A stretch of 64,000 nucleotides of DNA from Clostridiales bacterium UBA3678 (GTDB taxonomy: Bacteria; Bacillota; Clostridia; TANB77; CAG-508). The position numbers were made by a program, and so were the translations under genes. The stretch covers positions 100,754 to 164,753 of the forward strand of contig DFJF01000005.1 in NCBI GenBank assembly GCA_002372935.1, written 5' to 3'. Positions 11,045 to 19,429 of this stretch are shown here, piece by piece. The notes under the pieces are model-generated. The model ran no database searches. It saw only the letters and a program-made list of their open reading frames with translations, and was not told the DNA's origin. The first letter of the stretch is position 1, and each line of letters starts with the position of its first letter.

Positions 11045-11109
11045 CCTTAGGAGCATTTTTAATAAGAATTGTCCTTATTAAAATGCTCCTAAGTCTCTCT
11101 TTTTTTTTT
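11045..11109 (+). terminator. rho-independent terminator (plus strand)
   Basis: CTTAGGAGCATTTT..(nested AATAAG..CTTATT)..AAAATGCTCCTAAG forms a stem, followed by TCTCTCTTTTTTTTTT. The T-tract is on the plus strand only, although both neighbouring genes are on the minus strand. Confidence 0.6.
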
Positions 11110-11183
11110 GAAAATATGTTAAATAAAAAAAGTTCTAAAAATTTCTTTTTTATATCTTAACAATATCAAATTAAAATAATATT

Positions 11184-11693
11184 CTAAATTAATTTTTTTA
11201 TATCCTCATCTTTTTTTAGCCTTTGACTTAAAAAATGATATGCTCTTTTATCTTGATTTACTGCTATTGTTGCAATTTCTTTATTATCTCTTAATCTATA
11301 ACTAGCATATTTTATAATCAATCCTTTATTAGAAACTGCTTTTTTAACAATTTCATCATCATCTCTTATTTCTTCACTTGCAAAATATAATGTTTGCCCA
11401 TAAGTTTCCACACTTTTTTCTATCACATCTCTATCAGCTTTTAATCTTTCTGAAGCATAGCATGCTGTCCAAGGTGCTTTTTCTATAGCCATCATAACAA
11501 TTTCTTTATCATTTTTTAAATTATCACTCACAAACTCCAATGCTTCTCCATCTTGATTTAAAGCTATTTTTACAACATCTCTATCATTTTTCAAATCATC
11601 ACTTGCAAAATCTAAATACTTTCCTCTTTCACTTACTGCTTTAATAATAAATTCTTTGTTATCTGCATTTTGTTTTATTTCTTCTATATCCAT
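11184..11693 (-). CDS. DUF4116 repeat protein
   Basis: It contains tandem repeats of about 30 aa of the form ..NG.AL.FAS..LK.D+E.V..A.., for example DRDVVKIALNQDGEALEFVSDNLKNDKEIVMMAI. Confidence 0.7.
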   Translation of the reverse strand: MDIEEIKQNADNKEFIIKAVSERGKYLDFASDDLKNDRDVVKIALNQDGEALEFVSDNLKNDKEIVMMAIEKAPWTACYASERLKADRDVIEKSVETYGQTLYFASEEIRDDDEIVKKAVSNKGLIIKYASYRLRDNKEIATIAVNQDKRAYHFLSQRLKKDEDIKKLI

Positions 11694-11771
11694 ATTTGTC
11701 GCCTCTTTTTATATTTTAATTAAGTAAGAATTTTAAATATATTTAAAATTCTATAATAATAGTAACAAAGA

Positions 11772-12356
11772 CTATTCATATAATTTTATATACACATTAT
11801 AATCATTCAAAATTTTCCTCACATAATTATTAGTCTCTTTATATGGAATATTTTCAACATCTTTTCCATCTTTTCTTATGGTTCCATTAGAAATCCACGA
11901 ATCCACATTCCCACTTCCAGCATTATATGCAGCAAGTGCAAGAGATGTGCAATTATCATACTTTTTCATAAGTCTAGAAATATAATTAGTACCAAGTTTT
12001 ATATTTATTTCTGGATCAAACAAATCATCATTATCTATCTTCATATCAAGTTTTTTTGCTATTTCTTGCCCTGTAGAATCCATAAGTTGCATTAGCCCTT
12101 TTGCACCTTTACTAGATTTTGCATTTGCATCAAAATTGCTTTCAGCCTTGATAGTAGCATAAATCAGATATTTATCTACTTCATATTTTTTTGCATATTT
12201 TTCTACATAATCACTATATTTAATTACATATATTTTTTTCAAAAATACTTCTCTATTTTGGAAACCATAGTAAAATACAGCCACCAAAATAACAAGCATT
12301 ATAAGTAGTCTAAGTAATTTTTTCAAAATAACTCTCCATTTCATTTTTATTTGCAA
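11772..12356 (-). CDS. lytic transglycosylase (SLT domain), membrane anchored
   Basis: N-terminal TM segment, then the SLT motifs AESNFDANAKSSKGAKGLMQLM and AYNAGSGNV. Confidence 0.85.
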   Translation of the reverse strand: MQIKMKWRVILKKLLRLLIMLVILVAVFYYGFQNREVFLKKIYVIKYSDYVEKYAKKYEVDKYLIYATIKAESNFDANAKSSKGAKGLMQLMDSTGQEIAKKLDMKIDNDDLFDPEINIKLGTNYISRLMKKYDNCTSLALAAYNAGSGNVDSWISNGTIRKDGKDVENIPYKETNNYVRKILNDYNVYIKLYE

Positions 12357-15050
12357 TCATACCAGTTATCTGCTTCTGAAATTTCTGCTATTAAAGGAAC
12401 CTTTAGTTCTGCTGCGCTTTCCATTGATTCTTTCAATAATTGTTTTACTTCTTCTTTTTCATCAAGAGGAGTTTCAATCATCATTTCATCATGAACTTGT
12501 AAAACTATTTTTGATTTTAAATTTCTTTTTTGTAGTTCATTAAATACTTTTATCATTGCTATTTTCATAATATCTGCTGCAGTCCCTTGAACTGGCGTAT
12601 TCATAGCTGCACGCTCACCAAACTGTCTAACCATATAATTATTTGATTTCAACTCGTTTATTTCTCTACGTCTACCAAACAAAGTCATTGAATATCCATT
12701 TTCTTTAGCTTTTTCTACAGACTCTTGCATAAATTTTCTTACTCCTGAATATTCTGTTAAATATTGTTCTATATATTGTTTTGCTTTATTTCTACTTATT
12801 CCAAGCTGCACTCCTAATCCAAATTCACTTATTCCGTAAACAATGCCAAAATTTACTGCTTTTGCACTACTTCTTTGTTCTTTTGTAACCTGATCTTGCG
12901 GTATTCCAAATACTTTAGATGCTGCTTGTTTATGTATATCTTCTCCATGTTTAAAAGCCTCTATCATGTGCTCATCATTTGACAAGTGTGCTAAAACTCT
13001 AAGCTCTATTTGTGAATAGTCAGCATCTATATATACTTTTCCCTCTGCTGGCTTAAATACCTTTCTTAACTGTTTTCCAAGTTCTATTCTTGTTGGTATA
13101 TTTTGAAGATTTGGTTCTGTAGAACTTATTCTTCCAGTAGCTGTAATTGTTTGATGGAAAAATGAATGTATCCTTTTTGTTTTTGGATTTATATATGGTT
13201 TTAATCCTTCTACATAGGTAGAATTTAATTTTGTAAGTTGCCTATATTCTAATATTTTCTCTATTATAGGATGTTCTCCTCTTAGTTTTTCTAAAACATC
13301 AACATCTGTTGAATATCCTGATTTAGTCTTTTTTATAACTTTTAATTTTAATTTTTCAAATAATATTTCTCCCATTTGTTTTGGTGATTTAATATTAAAC
13401 TCTTCTCCAGCTAAATTATATATTTCTTGTGTTAAAAAATTAATTCCATCTTGTAATTTTATTCCAAATTCTTCAAGTTGATTAATATCTGCATACATAC
13501 CATTCCACTGCATATCTCCTAAAACCTCTATTGTAGGCATATCAATTTCTTGAAATAATTTGTATTGTCCAGTCTCTTCTAACTTTTCTTTTAAGACTGA
13601 AACTAATTTATTAATTGAATATACATATAATGTTCCTTTATACATATCTTCATCTTTTTTATTGTCTTCTGTGTCAAATAAAGTAATTTGTTTAGATTTT
13701 TCTTCAATGCCTTGCTCTTTCAAATATTTTGATGTATCAATATCCAAATAATTTTCCATAATCTTTTCTATTGGATATTTTCCATCTGTAGGGTTTAAAA
13801 TATATGCTGCAACTGCTGTATCAAATTTCATGTTTTTTGCAGTAATTCCGTTTTGTTTTAACAAAATATATGTATAATTCATTTCATGTCCATATTTTTC
13901 TATGGTCTCATCTTCAAAAATTTCTTTTAAAATTTCTATTGAAGGATTTTTTATGTAATATGCTTTTTCATCATATATACTTATTGATTTAATCTCTTTC
14001 TTTAAAATATATTCTGCATTATCTGATTCTTGAGTTCCTAAATAATAATAAAATTTTTTAGATTCTTTTACTTTTTTAACAATTTCCAAAAAATCTGTAT
14101 TGTTATCTATTTGTATATTTAATTTTTCAGAAAGGCTTTCTCTAGCTCCTGACTCTTCATCTTCTAATTTGAATCTTTCTATATATCTTTTAAAATTCAA
14201 ATTTTGAAAAATCTCTAAAACCTTTTCTTTATTCCACTCTTCAACTTTCAAAGTTTCCAAATTATCATCCAAAGGAACATTCACATTTATTGTTCCAAGC
14301 TCTTTTGAAAGAATTGCCAATTCTTTATTTTCAACAATCTTCTCTTTTTGTTTACCTTTCAAATCATCTTCGCCTTTTTCAATAGCCTCATATAAACTTT
14401 CTACTGTACCATATTTTTTAACAAGAGATATTGCCGTTTTAGGTCCAATTCCAGGCACACCAGGAATATTATCAGAAGAATCTCCTTGCAAACCTTTTAC
14501 ATCTATTAATGACTTAGGCTTTAATCCATATTCTTCTATAACCTTTTTTTTGTCATAATCTTCTGTTTCAGTCTTTCCTGCTTTTGTTCTAGGAATTCTA
14601 ATAGTAACCTTATCTGTTGCAAGCTGAAAAGTGTCTCTATCTCCTGATAAAATAACAACATCTAGTCCTTGTTTTTCTCCATACTTAGCAAGAGTTCCTA
14701 AAATATCATCACCTTCATATCCCTCTTTTTCTACAATATCAATATTCATAGCCTCTAAAATCTCTTTAATCATAGGCATTTGCTCTGCAAGCTCATTAGG
14801 CATTCCATGCCTATTTGCCTTATAACCAGCATACATCTTATGCCTTGCAGTTGGAGCTTTCAAATCAAAAGACACAGCCATATAATCAGGATTTAAATCA
14901 TCCATAATCTTAAACATAATAGCCAAAAAGCCATAAACCGCATTTGTATATTTTCCGATCTTTAGTAGTAAGCATTTTAGCTCCCATAATTCCATAAAAT
15001 GCTCTATTCATGATGCTATTTCCATCAATTAATAAAAGTTTTTTAGACAT
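12347..15050 (-). CDS. polA: DNA polymerase I; the 5' end is disrupted by an apparent +1 frameshift near 14957
   Basis: The 882 aa ORF carries the 5'-nuclease, 3'-5' exonuclease-like and PolA family domains (..RRxxKxxNFGxxYG-type AKAVNFGIVYGIS, QVHDE). The true N-terminus MSKKLLLIDGNSIMNRAFYGIMGAKMLTTKD is read from the ATG at 15050 (RBS GGAGAAAGTA) in another frame. The length 2704 nt is 3n+1. Confidence 0.9.
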
Positions 15051-15068
15051 TACTTTCTCCTTTCATTT

Positions 15069-15144
15069 GGGGACGGTTCTTTTTAAAAAAGGGACGGTTC
15101 TTTTTTGAAAGAGAACCGTCCCTTTTTTAAAAAGAACCGTCCCC
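15069..15144. repeat. REP-like array A: 2 forward + 2 reverse GGGGACGGTTC units forming a 76-bp near-perfect palindrome
   Basis: GGGGACGGTTCTTTTTAAAAAAGGGACGGTTC..GAACCGTCCCTTTTTTAAAAAGAACCGTCCCC. The arms are 33 bp and perfect. The array lies between the mscS stop and the polA start. Confidence 0.9.
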
Positions 15145-15148
15145 TTAG

Positions 15149-15946
15149 TTATGAGTTATGGACTGTCACCTGTGGATATGGTATCTCTATATTATTCATA
15201 TCCAATTGTTTTTTCAATATTTGATTAAATTCTATTGTTGCTTTATACCTATTTTCTGGCTTGCAAATAATTTGAAATTTATATTGTATTGCTGAATCTC
15301 CAAATTCACTCAATCCCAAATATTTAGCATTTTTTATTTCTCTAATTTCTTTTAATTGTTCTGCAACTTCACTTAAGATTGTATCTATTTTTCCAGTCTC
15401 ATTATCATAAGATAAACCAATTCCTAAATATAATTCTTCTGACATTTTTTCTACTTTGCTTATATTTCTATTTGCAATTGTATATATATTTCCATTTTTT
15501 ATGCTCTTTATTTTTGTAGATTTCATACCAAGTTGAATGACTTTTCCTTCTATATTATCAATTTTTATTACATCTCCAAGTGCATAATAATCATCTATAA
15601 TAATGTTAGTACCAGAGATGATGTCTTTTAAGGCATCTTGTATAGCAAGTCCAGCAATGACTGAAACTAATCCAAGTCCTGCAACAATTGATGTTACATT
15701 AACACCATAAATTTGCAATATAAGAGCAACTGCAATTATTAAAATTACATATTTTATTATATTTGAAAACAATTTGAAAAGAGTTTTTCCTTTTGCATCT
15801 AACTTCTTGTTTTCTTTGTTTCTCTCCAAAAATTTATTTATTGCCTTTTTTATTATTTTATATAATACCACACTAATTGCTATTATTGCCAATACAATAA
15901 GAATTTTTTGTTCTAAAATAAACTTTAATATATTTTCCCAATTCAT
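15149..15946 (-). CDS. mechanosensitive ion channel (MscS family)
   Basis: Three N-terminal TM helices, then the MscS beta-domain pattern ..LGDVIKIDNIEGKVIQLGMKSTKIKSIKNGNIYTIANRNI. Confidence 0.8.
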   Translation of the reverse strand: MNWENILKFILEQKILIVLAIIAISVVLYKIIKKAINKFLERNKENKKLDAKGKTLFKLFSNIIKYVILIIAVALILQIYGVNVTSIVAGLGLVSVIAGLAIQDALKDIISGTNIIIDDYYALGDVIKIDNIEGKVIQLGMKSTKIKSIKNGNIYTIANRNISKVEKMSEELYLGIGLSYDNETGKIDTILSEVAEQLKEIREIKNAKYLGLSEFGDSAIQYKFQIICKPENRYKATIEFNQILKKQLDMNNIEIPYPQVTVHNS

Positions 15947-16067
15947 ACTATTTCTTTCCTCTCTCTATTTTTTAGATATATTGATTTTATTCATGCTATT
16001 TTTCTTATTTTTATCCAGATTTTCTTCAAATTTTATTGATATTCATCTAATTTTTACCCAAATTCTA

Positions 16068-16631
16068 TCAAGGAATTAATCTCAAACCTTCCAATAAGAT
16101 TTTTAATCCAATTAATATTAAAATAATTCCTCCTGCTAGTTCCGCTTTATTTTGATATTTATCTCCAAATCTATTTCCTATTTCTACCCCTAATATCGAC
16201 ATAATAAATGTAATTATTCCAATAACAGAAACTGCTAAAACAATATTTACTTCAAAAAATGCAAATGTAATTCCAACAGCCAATGCATCAATACTTGTAG
16301 CAATTGCTAAAATAAGCATTGTTTTAAAATCAACATTATCATTACTTTTATTACTTTCATTTTCAAATGACTCTTTTATCATATTCCCGCCAATTATTAA
16401 AAGCAAAATAAATGCCACCCAATGGTCAACTTTTTCTATAAATTCTGCAAATGTTGACCCTAATAAGTACCCTGCAACAGGCATTAATGCTTGAAATATT
16501 CCAAAATACAATCCAATGATAATTGCTTTTTTAAAATCCATTTTTTTCATTGAAAGTCCTTTACATATCGAAACAGCAAAGGCATCCATTGCAAGACTTA
16601 TTCCAATAAAAATGATTTCTGTAATTCCCAT
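16068..16631 (-). CDS. mntP: manganese efflux pump MntP
   Basis: 187 aa, 6 TM segments, with the duplicated DAFAV/DALAV motifs ([11 protein letters not shown] and [10 protein letters not shown]). Confidence 0.8.
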   Translation of the reverse strand: MGITEIIFIGISLAMDAFAVSICKGLSMKKMDFKKAIIIGLYFGIFQALMPVAGYLLGSTFAEFIEKVDHWVAFILLLIIGGNMIKESFENESNKSNDNVDFKTMLILAIATSIDALAVGITFAFFEVNIVLAVSVIGIITFIMSILGVEIGNRFGDKYQNKAELAGGIILILIGLKILLEGLRLIP

Positions 16632-16714
16632 CGTAATTCCACCTTTTATATATTCGCAAATTTATCAAACTCTTTTTTCTGATGGATTATTCATAAATTT
16701 CTTAACTACGTTTC

Positions 16715-18121
16715 TTATAAATTATTAACAAATTCTTTAAAACGTTTTCCTCTTTCATCAAAATTTTTAAAAGCATCAAAGCTAGCACTTGCAGGAGATA
16801 GCAAAACTACATCTCCCTCTTTTGCCTTGCTATAAGCAATTTTCACTTCTTCTTCAAGGTTTGGAGCATAATAGATTTCCATATCTTTATTATGTCTTTC
16901 AAGTCCCTTTCTAGTAGCTTCTTCTATTTTTGCTGATGTCGGTCCACATAAAATCAAGGTTCCTACTTTTTCAGCTATAACCTCGCCAATTTCAGTATAA
17001 TCCAAACCTTTTTCTGACCCTCCAGCTAAAAGAATGATATTTTCTTCAAATGCTTTTAACCCTGCAATCGTGCTTGCTGGGCTTGTTCCAATAGAATCAT
17101 TGTACCATTTTACTCCATTCAATTCTCTTACAAACTCTAATCTGTGTTCTACACCTTTGAAACTTCTTATTGCTTCAACTTGAAGCTCTCTTGCAACAAG
17201 AGTGTCTGTCATTGCTAATGCAGCACAAATATTTTCATAATTATGTACTCCTCTAATTTGAATTTCGCTTTTATGCATTATATTTGTTACTTCATTATTT
17301 TGACCTTGTTTAATATATCCATCTGATGTATCATAAAAATACCCATTTTGCAAGATTTGTTTGCTACTGAAAAATTTCACTATATTTTTTGTATAGTTCG
17401 CAAAATCTCTTGTTATTTCATTATCATAATTTAAAACTACAATTCCATTTTCTTTCTGATGTATAAAAATATTCTTTTTTGCATCTTTATATTCATCAAA
17501 AGATCTATGTACATTCAAATGATCTGGAAATACATTTGTTACAAGTGATATGTCTGGACTTACATTCATACCAATTAATTGGAAACTGCTTAGCTCTAAA
17601 ATAACCACATCTTCTGGTGTCATATCTTTTATTTGATTAAAAATTGGATTTCCCATATTTCCACCTAAAAAGCATCTATATCCTGCTTTTTTCATTATTT
17701 CATAAATAATTGTTGTGGTTGTTGTCTTTCCTTCAGTTCCTGTAACTCCAATCACTTTACATGGAGCAAGTTCTATTACAAGTTCTATTTCTGTTGTAAT
17801 AATCGCACCTCTATCAGCTTCTGCTTGTAATTCTTCCCTATATGGCATAATACTTGGTGATCTAAATATTATGTCATATCCTTTTAAATTTTCTAAATTA
17901 TTTTCTCCTCCAAAATATCTTATTTTATATTTATTTATTTTATTTTTTAAATCCTTGCTGAGCTCTTTTTCATCTTTTTTGTCAAATATTGATAGTTCAA
18001 CATTAAATTGATGAAAATAGTCTAACAAAGGAATATTGCTGACACCTATTCCTACTATTGCTATTTTTTTTCCTGATAAATTATTGTTAAAATCTTCTAG
18101 TTTTCTATTTTGAAATTCCAT
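16715..18121 (-). CDS. murD: UDP-N-acetylmuramoyl-L-alanine--D-glutamate ligase
   Basis: Mur ligase P-loop GVTGTEGKTTTT with N-terminal Rossmann IAIVGIGVSN. I prefer the ATG at 18121 (MEFQNRK) over the TTG at 18178 used by the ORF track. Confidence 0.85.
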   Translation of the reverse strand: MEFQNRKLEDFNNNLSGKKIAIVGIGVSNIPLLDYFHQFNVELSIFDKKDEKELSKDLKNKINKYKIRYFGGENNLENLKGYDIIFRSPSIMPYREELQAEADRGAIITTEIELVIELAPCKVIGVTGTEGKTTTTTIIYEIMKKAGYRCFLGGNMGNPIFNQIKDMTPEDVVILELSSFQLIGMNVSPDISLVTNVFPDHLNVHRSFDEYKDAKKNIFIHQKENGIVVLNYDNEITRDFANYTKNIVKFFSSKQILQNGYFYDTSDGYIKQGQNNEVTNIMHKSEIQIRGVHNYENICAALAMTDTLVARELQVEAIRSFKGVEHRLEFVRELNGVKWYNDSIGTSPASTIAGLKAFEENIILLAGGSEKGLDYTEIGEVIAEKVGTLILCGPTSAKIEEATRKGLERHNKDMEIYYAPNLEEEVKIAYSKAKEGDVVLLSPASASFDAFKNFDERGKRFKEFVNNL

Positions 18122-18351
18122 TTTAAAATTAATTCCTTTCTCGTATAATTCTTTCCTTATATAATTATTATCTAACAATCCTTCCTTATAATTTCTTTCT
18201 TAATCTTTTTGCCTTACCAATATAATATCTAATTCTTAAAGCCAGTAGTATTATATCATATTTTATAATTTTATTCTATATTTTTATTTTTATTATATCA
18301 TATCATTATAAATTTACAACCAAAAACAGCATTTTTTTAAATTTATATCTT

Positions 18352-18433
18352 GAAAAAGAAAAATAGCCTAATTTGAAGTGACCCCAAAAAATTGGACATT
18401 TTTTGGGGTCAGTACAATTATAGGCTATTTTTT
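18352..18433 (-). terminator. compound hairpin downstream of sigG (probable terminator)
   Basis: The inner stem GACCCCAAAAAA/TTTTTTGGGGTC is nested in the outer stem AAATAGCCTAAT/ATTATAGGCTATTT, with a U-rich tail on the minus strand. Confidence 0.4.
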
Positions 18434-18489
18434 AAATTTGCTTTGGGTAAATTTTTATTTTTTTGTGAGCTCCGTGTTGTAACTGATTT

Positions 18490-19263
18490 TTACTTATACA
18501 GTCTCTTTATATGATTTATCGCACTTTTTTCCAATCTCGAAACCTGAGCTTGAGAGATGCCAATCTCTTCTGCCACCTCCATTTGTGTCCTCCCATCAAA
18601 AAATCTTTTAGCTAAAATCTCTCTTTCCTTATCATTAAGTTTTTTCATAGACTGCTTAATAGTTAAATTTTCAGCCCATAACTCATCAGAATTTTTATCA
18701 TCTTTTACTTGATCCATAATATAAATATTTTCTGTTCCATCATTATAAATAGGTTCCTGCAAAGAAATTGGAATTTGAATAGCATCTAAACTAAAAGCAA
18801 TATCTTCTGGAGTAGAATCCAAACTTTTTGCAATCTCTTCAATTGTTGGTTCTTTTCCATTTTGTTTGGTCAGTCTTTCTTTACATTGCATAACTTTATA
18901 TGCAAGATCTCTTATTGAGCGACTAACCCTTATACTATTATTATCTCTCAAATATCTTCTTATTTCACCTATAATCATAGGTACAGCATACGTAGAAAAC
19001 TGCACATTTTGACTAATATCAAAATTATCTATAGCTTTAATCAAACCTACACAACCAATCTGAAACAAATCATCTGCATTTTCGCCTCTACCATAAAATC
19101 TTTGAATTACACTAAGCACTAATCTCAAATTTCCATTTATAAATTTATTTCTTGCTTCATCATCTCCGTTTTTTATCTTATTTAATAGTTCTTCCTTCTC
19201 TTCCTTAGAAAGTATTGGCAACTTCGAGGTATTCACACCACATATTTCAACTTTATTTAGCAA
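18490..19263 (-). CDS. sigG: sporulation sigma factor SigG (forespore, late)
   Basis: NKVEICGVNTSKLPILSKEE..NGNLRLVLSVIQRF..FSTYAVPMIIGEIRRYLRDNN.IRVSRS..ISQAQVSRLEK closely follows B. subtilis SigG as I remember it. The start is placed at the TTG at 19263, 8 nt after AAGGAGG. Confidence 0.85.
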   Translation of the reverse strand: MLNKVEICGVNTSKLPILSKEEKEELLNKIKNGDDEARNKFINGNLRLVLSVIQRFYGRGENADDLFQIGCVGLIKAIDNFDISQNVQFSTYAVPMIIGEIRRYLRDNNSIRVSRSIRDLAYKVMQCKERLTKQNGKEPTIEEIAKSLDSTPEDIAFSLDAIQIPISLQEPIYNDGTENIYIMDQVKDDKNSDELWAENLTIKQSMKKLNDKEREILAKRFFDGRTQMEVAEEIGISQAQVSRLEKSAINHIKRLYK

Positions 19264-19298
19264 AAGAAAAACCTCCTTAATCAAGAAATATTTGATAA

Positions 19299-19328
19299 TA
19301 TTATTTCCTGTAAAGAGATTTTTTATTC
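19299..19328 (-). promoter_or_regulatory. candidate forespore-type (sigma-F/G-like) promoter of sigG
   Basis: On the minus strand, GAATA is followed by 15 nt and then GGAAATAATA, about 35 nt upstream of the RBS. This resembles the GYATA-N15-GGnnAnAnT pattern. It is a match by eye only. Confidence 0.3.
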
Positions 19329-19345
19329 TACTTTCACTTTCAGAA

Positions 19346-19420
19346 GGGGACGGTTCTTTTTAAGAAGGGGACGGTTCTTTTTAAAAAAAGAACCGTCCCC
19401 TTCTTAAAAAGAACCGTCCC
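19346..19420. repeat. REP-like array B: 2 forward + 2 reverse units, 74-bp perfect palindrome
   Basis: 19347-19382 is the exact reverse complement of 19385-19420 (36-bp arms with centre AA). The array lies between the glmS stop and the sigG promoter region. Confidence 0.9.
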
Positions 19421-19429
19421 TATTTGAAA

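Noticed and set aside
16632-16714. Expected yybP-ykoY manganese riboswitch upstream of mntP
   Set aside because: The gap to the murD stop is only ~80 nt, is AT-rich, and shows no recognisable conserved core.
18122-18178. N-terminal 19-aa extension of murD from a TTG start
   Set aside because: The extension has no RBS and does not match the usual MurD N-terminus. The downstream ATG at 18121 gives a standard Rossmann start.
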